61,473 nucleotides of DNA from Eubacteriales bacterium (GCA_028706195.1 JAQWBU010000001.1:1-61473); one strand, 5' to 3'; shown: positions 28,422 to 39,205, counted from the stretch's first letter. Numbers and translations are program-made. The notes: generated from the sequence alone by a model not told the origin.

Positions 28422-31064
28422 ATGAGCAATAAAAAACGAATGCAAGAGCGTGCTATTTTGGCACGCGTGGAAAAGCCGAGCCGTTATGTGGGCGGCGAAT
28501 GGAATCATATTGATAAATCAGAAAGCTTCAGCGCCTTAAGGGCAGCTGAACGACTGCATGTAGCTTTTTGTTTCCCGGATCTGTATGAAATCGGCATGTC
28601 AAATCTGGCCCTGCAGATTCTTTATAAAGCAGCAAACGCCCGGGACAAGATCTTCTGCGAAAGAGCCTTCATGCCAGCTCCTGACATGCGCGAAATTATG
28701 CGGCAGGAGGATATCTCTCTGGAGTCGATCGAATCAGGCACAGCACTGAGCGAATTCGATGTTCTGGCCTTCAGCCTGCATTATGAACTTTCCTATACTG
28801 CTGTCCTGGAAATGTTAGCCTTATCCGATGTACCTTTCTATGCTGCTGAACGTGACGAAACACATCCCCTTATAATTGCCGGAGGCCCGATTACCTGTAA
28901 TCTGGAGCCAATGGCGGAGTTTTTCGATCTTATCCAGCTAGGCGAAGGGGAGAGGCTGCTGCCGGAATTACTGGAACTATACAACGAGTGCAAAACGCGT
29001 GGAGAGTCTAGAACAGCCTATTTGCGGGCTGCATCTCAGATTGAAGGGATCTATGTCCCGAGCTTTTATGAGGCCCTCTACGGCGAACATGGCTTTACAG
29101 AAATGAAAGTTCTTGAACCCTCAGCTCCTGCTGTCATCAAGCGCCATCTGGAGCCTGAACTGGATGAGCTGATTTACCCGACAGAGCCCATGGTGCCTTC
29201 AATGGAAGTAGTCCATGACCGCGCGGTACTCGAGCTTTTTCGCGGCTGCTCGCGCGGCTGCCGATTTTGTCAGGCCGGCTACATCTACCGACCTGTGCGT
29301 GAACGCTCACTGCCTACTTTAGTCGAATACACGGAAGAATTGCTGGCTTCGACAGGTTCAGAGGAATTGGGACTGCTTTCCTTATCCAGCAGCGATTATA
29401 GCGAACGGAACCGCTTAATGTCGGCTCTGCTTGAAAAAACTGCAAATTGTCACGTTAATTTGTCTTTGCCTTCTCTGCGTTTGGATTCATTTGACTTCAA
29501 CTTGATGGAGCAAATCTCCGGCACCAGAAAGGCCGGTCTGACCTTCGCTCCTGAAGCGGGCACTCAGCGGCTGCGTGATGTGATTAACAAAAATATCACG
29601 GAAGAAGATCTGCTCAAGGCATGCGACATAGCTTTCCGCGGTGGCTGGAGCAATATAAAACTGTACTTTATGCTGGGTCTGCCCACTGAGACGGAAGAAG
29701 ACGTCAGAGGCATTGCTGATCTCTGCTGGAAGATACTGGAAGTCTGGAAGAACATTCCGCATGAGGAACGCAAACGACAGCCGAAAATCACCGCCTCCAT
29801 TTCATTCTTTATTCCAAAGCCCTGGACTCCGTTCCAGTGGGTGGAGCAAATCACTCCGTCACAGATGAAAGAAAGAGTGAGACTTCTGACCGACTTGCTG
29901 CGTGACCGCCGCATAGCGCTGCAGTGGCACGAATATGAAAGCTCCCGCATCGAAGGAGTTTTGGCGCGTGGTGACAGACGACTGGCTCCCGTGATCGAAA
30001 AGGTCTGGCAGGACGGCAGTTTCCTTGATGCCTGGCATGAGCATTTTTCTGTGGAACGCTGGGACAAAGCTCTAGCGGAATGTGGTTTAAGCAGCGATAT
30101 TTACACTCGTGAGCGCAGTACGAATGAAGCTCTGCCCTGGGATCACATGGATGTCCGCGTCACTAAGCGCTTCCTCTTGCGGGAACTTGAGCAGGCCAAG
30201 GAAGGTGTAACTACAGACTCGTGCATGGAACAGTGCAGTTACTGTGGCTTACAGAGCCAGCACTGCGGCATCTGCACGCAGTGGCAGAAAAAAACAACTG
30301 AGAATGTTGAAGATGTGACTGTTACAGACTCTTCAGCGGAAGAGGAAACAGCATCCGAAATAGCTGAAGTATCGTCTGTGGAAACAGCGAGAGCAGAAGC
30401 AGAAACGGATCTGACCTACAAAGTGCGACTCTTTTATGAGCGCAGCGGCGCTCCGGTTTATCTGGCTCACCTTGACATGATGCGCCTCTTTGAGCGGGCT
30501 CTGGCCAGAGCTAACTGGCCGCTGGCCTGGAGCGAACAGGCCTATAACCCGCGGCCTCTTATGGTATTTGCGCTCCCGGTAGGATGTGGTATTGAAACCC
30601 GTTACGAACCCTTCGAGCTGGAGTTGACGGAAGAGATTGAGCTTAATGCTGCTGTGGCAAAGCTGAACTCAAATCTGCCGGACGGCCTGAAGATCAGACA
30701 CGCTGAATATAGAGACGCCGGGCAGAAAAAGAGCATTATGTCTTTGGTCCGGGCTGCAGACTATGAGTTTGTCGGCAAAGGTGTCGGCAGAGCATTTCAA
30801 AAGGTATTTGATGGCGGTCCGGTGCTTTTTGTTAAGACCCGCAAAGGTAAGAGACGTGAGATTGATCTGGCAAGTCAGATCATAGAAACAATAAGCATTT
30901 CTGATGACCATTTGCGCGTGCTCAGCCTTGCCGGCAGTGTGGAAAATATGAGGCCGGATAATCTGCTTCAGGCGCTTAAAGAGCGAGGCTTTTTGACGGA
31001 AGATGAAGTTAACGGTACTCAGGTAATCAGACACTCAATTTTCCTATCCGATGAAAGCTCTTAG
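28422..31064 (+). CDS. B12-binding-domain radical SAM protein fused to a DUF2344-like C-terminal domain (TIGR03960/TIGR03936-type)
   Basis: VEKPSRYVGGEWN, FPDLYEIGMSNLALQILY, the canonical triad GCSRGCRFCQAGY, and C-terminal YKVRLFYERSGAPVYLAHLDMMRLFERAL. The start could also be TTG 28413. Confidence 0.85.
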   Translation: MSNKKRMQERAILARVEKPSRYVGGEWNHIDKSESFSALRAAERLHVAFCFPDLYEIGMSNLALQILYKAANARDKIFCERAFMPAPDMREIMRQEDISLESIESGTALSEFDVLAFSLHYELSYTAVLEMLALSDVPFYAAERDETHPLIIAGGPITCNLEPMAEFFDLIQLGEGERLLPELLELYNECKTRGESRTAYLRAASQIEGIYVPSFYEALYGEHGFTEMKVLEPSAPAVIKRHLEPELDELIYPTEPMVPSMEVVHDRAVLELFRGCSRGCRFCQAGYIYRPVRERSLPTLVEYTEELLASTGSEELGLLSLSSSDYSERNRLMSALLEKTANCHVNLSLPSLRLDSFDFNLMEQISGTRKAGLTFAPEAGTQRLRDVINKNITEEDLLKACDIAFRGGWSNIKLYFMLGLPTETEEDVRGIADLCWKILEVWKNIPHEERKRQPKITASISFFIPKPWTPFQWVEQITPSQMKERVRLLTDLLRDRRIALQWHEYESSRIEGVLARGDRRLAPVIEKVWQDGSFLDAWHEHFSVERWDKALAECGLSSDIYTRERSTNEALPWDHMDVRVTKRFLLRELEQAKEGVTTDSCMEQCSYCGLQSQHCGICTQWQKKTTENVEDVTVTDSSAEEETASEIAEVSSVETARAEAETDLTYKVRLFYERSGAPVYLAHLDMMRLFERALARANWPLAWSEQAYNPRPLMVFALPVGCGIETRYEPFELELTEEIELNAAVAKLNSNLPDGLKIRHAEYRDAGQKKSIMSLVRAADYEFVGKGVGRAFQKVFDGGPVLFVKTRKGKRREIDLASQIIETISISDDHLRVLSLAGSVENMRPDNLLQALKERGFLTEDEVNGTQVIRHSIFLSDESS

Positions 31065-31156
31065 TGTGTATAATGTTCAGATATGTATTTCGGTTTTATT
31101 CCTGAATACTGCTACTTGATGTAAATAAATTATCTAGATAATGCAGGAGTGATGCA

Positions 31157-33433
31157 GTGATCAAATTGGCAACGGTATTTCGAGACGGCTTGGTCTTACA
31201 GCAAGGTGTAGTCAGCCGTCTTTATGGCTTTGCGCCGGAAGAGAGCAGGGTACACCTGCGTTTAGAGCGCCAGCCTTTAGATGAGCTCAGCGCAGAAGAA
31301 AATGCCAACCTCTACGGAATTATATATGAAGAAGACGATGTCACCGAGCGGGATGGCTATTTTCAGATTAAACTTCCTGCGCTGGAAGCGTCTTTTGATA
31401 AATACAAGATCACTATTTCGACCGTTGAACATGAAATTGTTCTTCAGGATATTTTGGTGGGTGAAGTCTGGCTGGCTGCCGGTCAGGACAATATGGCGCA
31501 GAAGGTTCGCGAATCTGACGTAGAACCATTATTGGAAAAAGCTATAAATCTTGAGAATATCCGCTTTTTCCAAATGAACGAAAATGGACTTAGCGATGAG
31601 ACTTCCAGGTATAGTCCCTACCCCTTAGGTGAGGCAGCGGACGCTTTCTGGCTGCGTGGAGATCAGGTTCATCTGGTCAAAGATGTTTCTGCTGTGGGTT
31701 TTTCTTTTGCCTGGCACATGTCACAGGCGATAAACATACCGATCGGAATAATAAACGCGGCCTGCCCCGGAACTCATATTCATTCCTGGCTTCCCCGCGA
31801 GGTTTTGGAGAAAGATCCAATTCTGAAAAGTCATGTGCGAGAGCTGAAGCTGTATCGTGATGATGACACCTGGAATCAGGAGTCCATAGAGCGTCAGAGC
31901 AAAGAAGAACAAGAAGATATTTCTTTTGCCAGACGCCGTAAGGCACGGCCCCAAACAGCAGCTTTACTGGATGGCAGACAACCTGACACAAATGATCCCG
32001 GCCCCAAAATAATTCCCCGGCCTCAGGTCAGGCGCACCATGGTGCATAAACGAACTGTGCCTCTGGTCCGCGTTTTTGATCCCAAAAACCAGCCGGGCGC
32101 TATGTTTAATCATAAGCTGTCACCTCTGGTAGGTCTGGCTTTACGCGGGGTTCTCTGGCTGCATGGTGAAAGCGATGTGGACAGCGCTGATTATTACAGC
32201 AGAGCTCTGGAGCAGCTGGTCATTACTTTTAAGGAATTGTTCGTGCCTGCGGACGAAACAATCCATTTTGTTTACGCTCATCTGCAGTCATATCTATATC
32301 GAGATCTGGGTCCATATGATCTGGCGATATTTAACGAAATGCTGACCAGCTGTCATCACAGCCTGAAAGTTTCCTGCGGCCTGGTAACGCAGTACGATTT
32401 GCCGCTTGACTATGAGAAGGACGATACAGTCTGCCTTGCTCTCACCCCCCTGGCGAAACTGCAGCTTGGCGCGCGCATGTCTCTGATTGCCCGAGGCTTA
32501 TGCGGCGAGGAAGGCATTTCTACGTCTGCGCCTGAACCGGTTTCTCTGGAACAGGTGGGTAATAAATGGATGATAAATTTCACCTCTACCGCAGTGCAGG
32601 GCGGAGGCTTACGTTTGCCTGCAGGGGAAACGGAGCTAAAAGGCTTTTCCATCTGTGGGAAAAACCGTGTCTTCGTTCCGGCTAAAGCTCGCATCCTCTA
32701 TGGTGTCAGAGTATTAGTCTGGCACGAGGAAATAGATCATCCCGAATCTTTGACCTACGCCTTTGACAATTTCAACAGTTATGCTAATTTATACGGCTCA
32801 GACGGCCTGCCGGTCGTTCCGTTCCGCCTTGATCTCGAGGAATCATTATTTCTCAAGCCGACACCCTGGGCGAGGATGGACAGTCTGGAGCAGATGATCT
32901 GGAAGAAATCCATCGACGAAGATGAGGCACGTGTGAAGAAGGCGGATTGGCCGGATAAGGCTGATCTGTGGCAGGTGTTGCGCGGCAGGGGAAAGTTTGC
33001 CGATCTGGAAGCCCGCAGAATAGATTCCTGGAAAGGCCTGGTTCTTGAATACCGCAATGCTGACGATCGGCTACTGGAATTTGGACCCTATCTGGATTAT
33101 GCTTCTGCCTACCCACCTCTGAATCTGGAACCTTTCAGCCGCATGACCATGACCCTGTACAACCCTGATCATAGGGAAAAAAGGCTGATCTTAAGAATTG
33201 AAGATGCCAATGGTGTAAAGTATGAAGCGGCGCCACAAATCATAAAGGATGATTTCCGCGACCAGACTTTACTCTGGCGACTCGATGAAATTAATGTAAA
33301 TCGTGCACAGATTGTGAAGCTCAGCTTCCTCTTGAATGACAGGGGCGGCACTGGGAAAGTAAACTTTCAGTGCATAGAATTCTCCGGATTTGATCCGTCA
33401 GCTGAGTTTGCTTTGTACGATTACGGACGTTAA
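31157..33433 (+). CDS. Sialate O-acetylesterase (SASA/DUF303)-like protein with substituted catalytic motifs
   Basis: FRDGLVLQQ, VGEVWLAAGQDNM (the family motif is GQSNM), SAVGFSFAWHM...PIGIINAACPG and VLWLHGESD. There is a long insertion and a C-terminal extension. GTG start. Confidence 0.55.
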   Translation: MIKLATVFRDGLVLQQGVVSRLYGFAPEESRVHLRLERQPLDELSAEENANLYGIIYEEDDVTERDGYFQIKLPALEASFDKYKITISTVEHEIVLQDILVGEVWLAAGQDNMAQKVRESDVEPLLEKAINLENIRFFQMNENGLSDETSRYSPYPLGEAADAFWLRGDQVHLVKDVSAVGFSFAWHMSQAINIPIGIINAACPGTHIHSWLPREVLEKDPILKSHVRELKLYRDDDTWNQESIERQSKEEQEDISFARRRKARPQTAALLDGRQPDTNDPGPKIIPRPQVRRTMVHKRTVPLVRVFDPKNQPGAMFNHKLSPLVGLALRGVLWLHGESDVDSADYYSRALEQLVITFKELFVPADETIHFVYAHLQSYLYRDLGPYDLAIFNEMLTSCHHSLKVSCGLVTQYDLPLDYEKDDTVCLALTPLAKLQLGARMSLIARGLCGEEGISTSAPEPVSLEQVGNKWMINFTSTAVQGGGLRLPAGETELKGFSICGKNRVFVPAKARILYGVRVLVWHEEIDHPESLTYAFDNFNSYANLYGSDGLPVVPFRLDLEESLFLKPTPWARMDSLEQMIWKKSIDEDEARVKKADWPDKADLWQVLRGRGKFADLEARRIDSWKGLVLEYRNADDRLLEFGPYLDYASAYPPLNLEPFSRMTMTLYNPDHREKRLILRIEDANGVKYEAAPQIIKDDFRDQTLLWRLDEINVNRAQIVKLSFLLNDRGGTGKVNFQCIEFSGFDPSAEFALYDYGR

Positions 33434-33459
33434 AGGATAAACTGCAAGGAGTATTATCA

Positions 33460-36105
33460 ATGAAAAAAATTGATTCTGTGCCGAAATATTTTGACCCGGC
33501 AACTGAAGAGGAAAGACTATACCAAAAGTGGATGGAAAGCGGAGCCTTTCACGCTGAAGCGCCATCCGAAAAGCGACCTTTCACTATAATGATGCCGCCG
33601 CCCAATATTACCGGTGAACTACATATGGGGCACGCTCTTGACACTTCTCTTCCTGACGTCTTAATTCGCTACCACCGTCTTTTGGGTGACAACAGCTTAT
33701 TTCTTCCCGGAACGGACCACGCTTCCATCGCAACAGAAGCAAAAGTGACAGCTGCTATTGAAGCTGAAGGTCTCAGTAAAGAAGAACTGGGTCGTGAGGG
33801 CTTTCTCAAACGCACCTGGGAATGGAAAGATAAATATAACAACAGAATTATCGAGCAACAGAAAAGGCTCGGTATTTCCTGTGACTGGGAACGACATCGC
33901 TTTACTTTGGATGAGGGACTGTCTAAAGCAGTAGTGGAAGTATTTGTCAGTCTTTATGAGAAAGGTCTCATCTACCGCGGTGAACGCATGATTAACTGGT
34001 GTCCGGGCTGCCTTACTTCAATTTCCGACATAGAAGTTGAACACGAGGAGCGGGAAGGCGCGCTATATTATATAAGATATCCTTTTGCCGAAGGTGAGGG
34101 TGGCATTTCTATAGCAACGACCAGACCTGAGACCATGCTGGCTGATACAGCCGTCGCAGTTAATCCTGAGGATGAACGCTTTAAGGATTTGATTGGCCGC
34201 GAGCTGCGCCTGCCTTTGACTGACAGAATCATTCCGATAATTGCAGACGATTATGTCGATATGGATTATGGAACAGGCTGCGTCAAAATTACCCCCGCAC
34301 ATGATCCGAATGACTATGAAGTGGGTATAAGGCACAATCTGCCAAGCATTTCCGTTTTGACTGATTTGGCTGAGATGAGCCCGGAGACAGGCAAATATGC
34401 CGGAATGGATGTGATGACAGCCCGGAAGGCGGTAGTCGCTGATCTGGAGCAAGAAGGTCTCTTAATTGAAGTGGAAGCAATCACTCACAATGTGGGAACT
34501 TGCAGCCGCTGCGACAGCCTGATTGAAGCCAGACCCTCTCTGCAATGGTTTGTGAAAATGGAACCTCTGGCCAAACCTGCTATTGAAGCTGTGAAAAACG
34601 GGGAAACCGAGTTTGTGCCGCAGCGTTTTGAGAAAATATATTTTAACTGGATGGAAAACATCAGGGACTGGTGCATTTCACGTCAGCTCTGGTGGGGTCA
34701 CCGTATTCCCGCCTGGTATTGCAGCGATTGCGATGAGGTCATAGTGGCACGGGAAGAACCGACTTCTTGTCCAAAGTGCTCATCTTCAAATTTGAGCAGG
34801 GATGAAGATACACTTGACACCTGGTTTTCTTCAGCGCTCTGGCCCTTTTCCACTTTAGGCTGGCCGGAAAATACCGTGGATTTCAGGACTTTCTATCCTA
34901 CAGATGTGATAGTTCCGGGCTACGATATAATTTTCTTCTGGGTCGCGCGTATGATTTTCTCGGCTATTGAACACACCGGCACAGTTCCTTTCAGCAAAGT
35001 TTTGATTCATGGTATGGTGCGCGATGCCCAGGGTCGCAAAATGTCCAAATCGCTTAATAACGGCATCGATCCACTTGAAGTAATCGACGATTTCGGCGCA
35101 GATGCCTTACGTTTCTCCTTGATCTACGGCACAGCTCCCGGCAATGATATGCGCTTTCGGGAAGAAAAGGTTGAAGCCGGCCGTAATTTCATGAATAAAC
35201 TGTGGAACGCTTTCCGCTTCGTACTGATGAACCTGGATGATGACAGGGATTACAGTGATGTCAGCGCTGATATGCTGGAAATAGAAGACAGATGGATTTT
35301 ACACGAAAGCCGTTACGCAATTAAAGATGTCAGCGCTTATCTGGACAAACTGGAACTTGGCCTGGCTCAGGAAAGAGTTTATCAGTTTATATGGGACTTG
35401 TATTGTGACTGGTATATCGAGTTCGTCAAGGAAAGATTGCATCAGGGAGGAAGCAGTGGCAGAGCGGCGCAAAAGGTTTTGTTTGATGTCTTGCTGGTGA
35501 TTATAAAGCTGCTGCATCCTTTCATGCCCTATGTGACGGAAGCTATACATGAACATCTCGATCTTCCCGGTTTACTCATAAGCTCGACCTGGCCCCGTTA
35601 TGAGGACTATCCCGCTGACGATGAAGCAGAGAGCACTATGACCTGTTTGATGGAAGCTATCCGCGGTGTAAGAAATCTACGTGCCGACTACCGGGTTCCC
35701 GCAGCCAAAAAAGTAAATGCCGTCGTCAAAGCGGAAGAGAATATTGCTCAGCGTCTGCTGGATGGTGCGGAAACACTGACGCGTCTTGCGGGCATAGGCG
35801 AGATCCGCTCTGCCGCAGAATCCGAGATCCTGAAAGACGGCGTTTCGGTTCAGTTCCCGGGTGGTGAACTGCTAATTTCCATGCGAGAATTAGTCGACAT
35901 TGAAGAAGAAATCAAGCGTCTGGAAGAAGAAAAACAGCGCATTGAGAAAGAGATACAACGTTCACAGGGCATGCTCAGGAACAAAAATTTTGTCGATCGT
36001 GCACCGGAGGAAGTAGTTGCTAACGAAAGAGCGAAATTTGAACGTTATCAGGATGAGTTAAAGCAAACCGAAGAGAGAATGAGAACCTTGCGCTCTATGC
36101 TATAA
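33460..36105 (+). CDS. valS: Valine-tRNA ligase
   Basis: PPPNITGELHMGHAL (HIGH), KMSKSLNN (KMSKS), the editing domain, and a C-terminal coiled coil. Confidence 0.97.
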   Translation: MKKIDSVPKYFDPATEEERLYQKWMESGAFHAEAPSEKRPFTIMMPPPNITGELHMGHALDTSLPDVLIRYHRLLGDNSLFLPGTDHASIATEAKVTAAIEAEGLSKEELGREGFLKRTWEWKDKYNNRIIEQQKRLGISCDWERHRFTLDEGLSKAVVEVFVSLYEKGLIYRGERMINWCPGCLTSISDIEVEHEEREGALYYIRYPFAEGEGGISIATTRPETMLADTAVAVNPEDERFKDLIGRELRLPLTDRIIPIIADDYVDMDYGTGCVKITPAHDPNDYEVGIRHNLPSISVLTDLAEMSPETGKYAGMDVMTARKAVVADLEQEGLLIEVEAITHNVGTCSRCDSLIEARPSLQWFVKMEPLAKPAIEAVKNGETEFVPQRFEKIYFNWMENIRDWCISRQLWWGHRIPAWYCSDCDEVIVAREEPTSCPKCSSSNLSRDEDTLDTWFSSALWPFSTLGWPENTVDFRTFYPTDVIVPGYDIIFFWVARMIFSAIEHTGTVPFSKVLIHGMVRDAQGRKMSKSLNNGIDPLEVIDDFGADALRFSLIYGTAPGNDMRFREEKVEAGRNFMNKLWNAFRFVLMNLDDDRDYSDVSADMLEIEDRWILHESRYAIKDVSAYLDKLELGLAQERVYQFIWDLYCDWYIEFVKERLHQGGSSGRAAQKVLFDVLLVIIKLLHPFMPYVTEAIHEHLDLPGLLISSTWPRYEDYPADDEAESTMTCLMEAIRGVRNLRADYRVPAAKKVNAVVKAEENIAQRLLDGAETLTRLAGIGEIRSAAESEILKDGVSVQFPGGELLISMRELVDIEEEIKRLEEEKQRIEKEIQRSQGMLRNKNFVDRAPEEVVANERAKFERYQDELKQTEERMRTLRSML

Positions 36106-36174
36106 TTTTAGAGCACAAAGCAGAAGCCTGACGTGGCTTTTTCCCCGACATAAGGGACAGATAAGGAGATTAAT

Positions 36175-37134
36175 ATGCCGTTAGTATCTACGAGAGAAAT
36201 GTTTAGGAATGCTTATGAAGGTGGTTATGCAATTGGAGCCTTCAATGTCAATAACATGGAGATCATCCAAGGGATAACTCAAGCTGCCAAGAAACTTGAC
36301 GCACCCCTGATCCTTCAAGTTTCCGCCGGAGCTCGTAAGTACGCCAATCAGACTTACTTAACGAAGCTGGTTGAAGCTGCCATTATCGAAACCGAGCTGC
36401 CGATTGCACTGCACCTGGATCATGGTGATTCCTACGAATTGTGTGTTGACTGCATTGACAGCGGGTTTACTTCAGTCATGATTGACGGTTCTCATCTGCC
36501 CTATGAGGAGAACGTAGCATTGACACGCAAAGTTGTCGAGTATGCTCACAAGCACGATCCCTATGTAGCGGTTGAAGCTGAACTTGGCCGTCTGGAAGGC
36601 ATCGAGGACAGCATCAAGGTATCAGCAGAAGAAGCCTCTTACACTGATCCGGAGCAGGTCGAAGATTTCGTCAAGCGCACTGGCTGCGACTCACTGGCTA
36701 TAGCTATTGGCACCAGCCACGGAGCCTATAAATTCAAGCCCGGTCAGAAAGCGGAACTGCGTTTTGATATTCTGGAAGAAATTCAACGTCGTTTGCCGGG
36801 TTTCCCGATTGTTTTACACGGAGCCAGCTCAGTTATTCCTGAATTTGTAGAAATGATTAACGAAAACGGTGGCGATATGCCCGATGCCATCGGTATTCCG
36901 GAGGACATGCTGCGTAAAGCTGCGGGAATGGCTGTATGCAAAATTAATATAGACAGCGACCTGCGTCTGGCTATGACCGGAACAATCCGCAAACATTTTA
37001 ATGATCATCCTTCTGATTTTGACCCCAGAAAATATCTTGGTCCGGCCAGAGATGCCATTGAGGCCATGGTTCACCGCAAGATAGTCGATGTGCTTGGCTG
37101 TGACGGAAAGGCTAAAGACCTGCGGGGAGTCTAG
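36175..37134 (+). CDS. fba: Class II fructose-1,6-bisphosphate aldolase
   Basis: GGYAIGAFNVNNME, LHLDHG, SVMIDGSH, AIGTSHGAYKF and LVLHGASS-type VLHGASSV. Confidence 0.93.
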   Translation: MPLVSTREMFRNAYEGGYAIGAFNVNNMEIIQGITQAAKKLDAPLILQVSAGARKYANQTYLTKLVEAAIIETELPIALHLDHGDSYELCVDCIDSGFTSVMIDGSHLPYEENVALTRKVVEYAHKHDPYVAVEAELGRLEGIEDSIKVSAEEASYTDPEQVEDFVKRTGCDSLAIAIGTSHGAYKFKPGQKAELRFDILEEIQRRLPGFPIVLHGASSVIPEFVEMINENGGDMPDAIGIPEDMLRKAAGMAVCKINIDSDLRLAMTGTIRKHFNDHPSDFDPRKYLGPARDAIEAMVHRKIVDVLGCDGKAKDLRGV

Positions 37135-37135
37135 A

Positions 37136-39205
37136 GTGTCTGAAAGCAATTTCTCAGATCTAATTTCAGGCTCGGAGAATTGGCCGGAAGGCCTCTCCGA
37201 GTCTGCTGCTTTACATGAAATCCTTGATCTGCGGGAGCAACTGCAGCAGCTCAATCGCGCCTATTATGATCTGGACGATCCTCTGGTATCCGATGCCGAG
37301 TATGATCTTTTGTCTCAGCGTCTCAGGAAGATCGAGGCTGCTTTTCCCCAGCTGGCAAGCGCAGATTCACCCACTCTAATTGTAGGCGGACGAGCCAGCG
37401 AGCGTTTTCAGCGCGTTCCGCACCGCTATCCGATGTTGTCACTCAATGATGTATTTTCGCTCGAGGACGTGGATGATTTCATCCGAAGGACACATGCAAG
37501 TGAAGCGGAGGCAAAATTCATCGTCGAAGCCAAAGTTGACGGTCTCTCTTTATCCATAGATTATGAAGAAGGTGTCCTGCAGCGGGCGATTACCCGCGGT
37601 GACGGCGTGAATTTCGGCGAGGATGTCACCTTAAATGCGATGCAGCTAAGCAATTTGCCGCACAGACTTTCAGAAACGATAGCCTTGTCCGTTCGTGGTG
37701 AAGTATACATGCCCAAAGAGGAATTTGAGCGTATCAACGAAGAGATGTCGGCTATAGGTGCGAAAACTTTCGCCAACCCGCGCAATGCCGCAGCGGGTAC
37801 TTTGCGACAACTCGATTCTGCTGTGGTTAAAGAGCGTGGTCTGGCGTTTGTAGCTTTTGAAATTCAGGATTCTTCCCGCAATTTCACTTCGGATAGAGAA
37901 GAACTGCTCTTCCTGAGAGATTTGGGATTTGACACTATCTTTCCCTCTGAATTATTTGACACGACTGAGGAGATATTCTCGGAAATTGAACGTATTGACC
38001 AGATACGCGCAGACTATCCCTATGAGATTGACGGCGCAGTCGTCAAGGTGGATCAGTTAAGCATGCGCGAGAGGCTGGGAGCGACCAGTAAAGCCCCCCG
38101 CTGGGCCGTTGCATACAAATACCCGCCTGAGGTGAAAGAAACGCAAATTCTGGAAATCAGAGCTCAAGTCGGACGTACCGGTAAGATCACTCCGCAGGCA
38201 ATTCTGGCACCTGTTCATTTGGCCGGAACCACAGTGCAGCGTGCCACCTTACATAATCAGAATTACATTGATAAACTTGATGTTCGGGTTGGCGACACGG
38301 TCCTGGTACATAAAGGCGGAGAAATCATTCCGGCAGTGCTGGGAGTAGTGAAGGATCGTCGTGATGGAAGTGAACAAGTTTACCGGCTTCCCGGAAACTG
38401 TCCCTCCTGTGATTCTCCCACTACTTTTCTGGATGAAGGTGTTGATTTATACTGCACTAACACTGACTGCCCGGCTCAATTGCAGCGGCATCTTGAATAT
38501 TTTGCTTCACAAAGCGCACTTTCGATTGACGGCCTGGGAGAAAAAACAGCAACAGCTTTGATTGAGAACAATTATGTGAGTTCTCTGGCTGACATCTACT
38601 CCCTTAAGGATAAAAGAGATTCCCTGATTGCCTGGGGAGGGATCGGCAGAGAGAAAACAGTTGATGCTCTGCTGGCAGCAATTGAAAATTCCAAAGAAGC
38701 TTCTCTGGCACGGCTGGTAACCGGTTTCGGCATTCCGCATGTCGGCGTGCAGACTGCCCAGTCATTGGTTGGAGAACTTAAATCATTAGAAGCAATTGCA
38801 GCTGCCTCGGCCGAGGAACTCTCAGCGATTCCTGATATAGGACCAAAAACAGCCGAAGCTATCAGAGACTGGCTAGCCTTGCCGCAAACAAAGGAGTTGA
38901 TTGCTCGGCTGGAAGCTGCCGGAGTGAAAACAAGAGAAGCTGAATCTGTTGAAGCCGGTGGCACAAAATTTGCCGGCATGAACTTTGTCCTGACTGGCAC
39001 GCTTCCGACCCTTAGCCGCAATGAAGCCAGCGGATTAATTGAGAATGAAGGTGGTCGTGTAACGGGCAGCGTTTCCGGCAAAACCGATTATCTGCTGGCA
39101 GGTGAGAATCCCGGCAGCAAATATGACCGCGCAGTATCGCTGAATATCCCGATTATTTCCGAGGGCGACCTGATGGCCATGTTGGAAGCTGAAGGTGGTG
39201 TTTAA
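37136..39205 (+). CDS. ligA: NAD-dependent DNA ligase
   Basis: YYDLDDPLVSDAEYD, the adenylation site EAKVDGLS, the zinc finger CPSCDS...CTNTDC, HhH repeats and a BRCT domain. GTG 37136 is preferred because it lies just after the fba stop; the track start 37088 overlaps fba. Confidence 0.95.
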   Translation: MSESNFSDLISGSENWPEGLSESAALHEILDLREQLQQLNRAYYDLDDPLVSDAEYDLLSQRLRKIEAAFPQLASADSPTLIVGGRASERFQRVPHRYPMLSLNDVFSLEDVDDFIRRTHASEAEAKFIVEAKVDGLSLSIDYEEGVLQRAITRGDGVNFGEDVTLNAMQLSNLPHRLSETIALSVRGEVYMPKEEFERINEEMSAIGAKTFANPRNAAAGTLRQLDSAVVKERGLAFVAFEIQDSSRNFTSDREELLFLRDLGFDTIFPSELFDTTEEIFSEIERIDQIRADYPYEIDGAVVKVDQLSMRERLGATSKAPRWAVAYKYPPEVKETQILEIRAQVGRTGKITPQAILAPVHLAGTTVQRATLHNQNYIDKLDVRVGDTVLVHKGGEIIPAVLGVVKDRRDGSEQVYRLPGNCPSCDSPTTFLDEGVDLYCTNTDCPAQLQRHLEYFASQSALSIDGLGEKTATALIENNYVSSLADIYSLKDKRDSLIAWGGIGREKTVDALLAAIENSKEASLARLVTGFGIPHVGVQTAQSLVGELKSLEAIAAASAEELSAIPDIGPKTAEAIRDWLALPQTKELIARLEAAGVKTREAESVEAGGTKFAGMNFVLTGTLPTLSRNEASGLIENEGGRVTGSVSGKTDYLLAGENPGSKYDRAVSLNIPIISEGDLMAMLEAEGGV

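Noticed and set aside
37088-37135. Track start of ligA at 37088, overlapping the 3' end of fba by 47 nt.
   Set aside because: The extra residues (MCLAVTERLKTCGESR) are not LigA-like. GTG 37136 lies just after the fba stop, preceded by GGGGAG.
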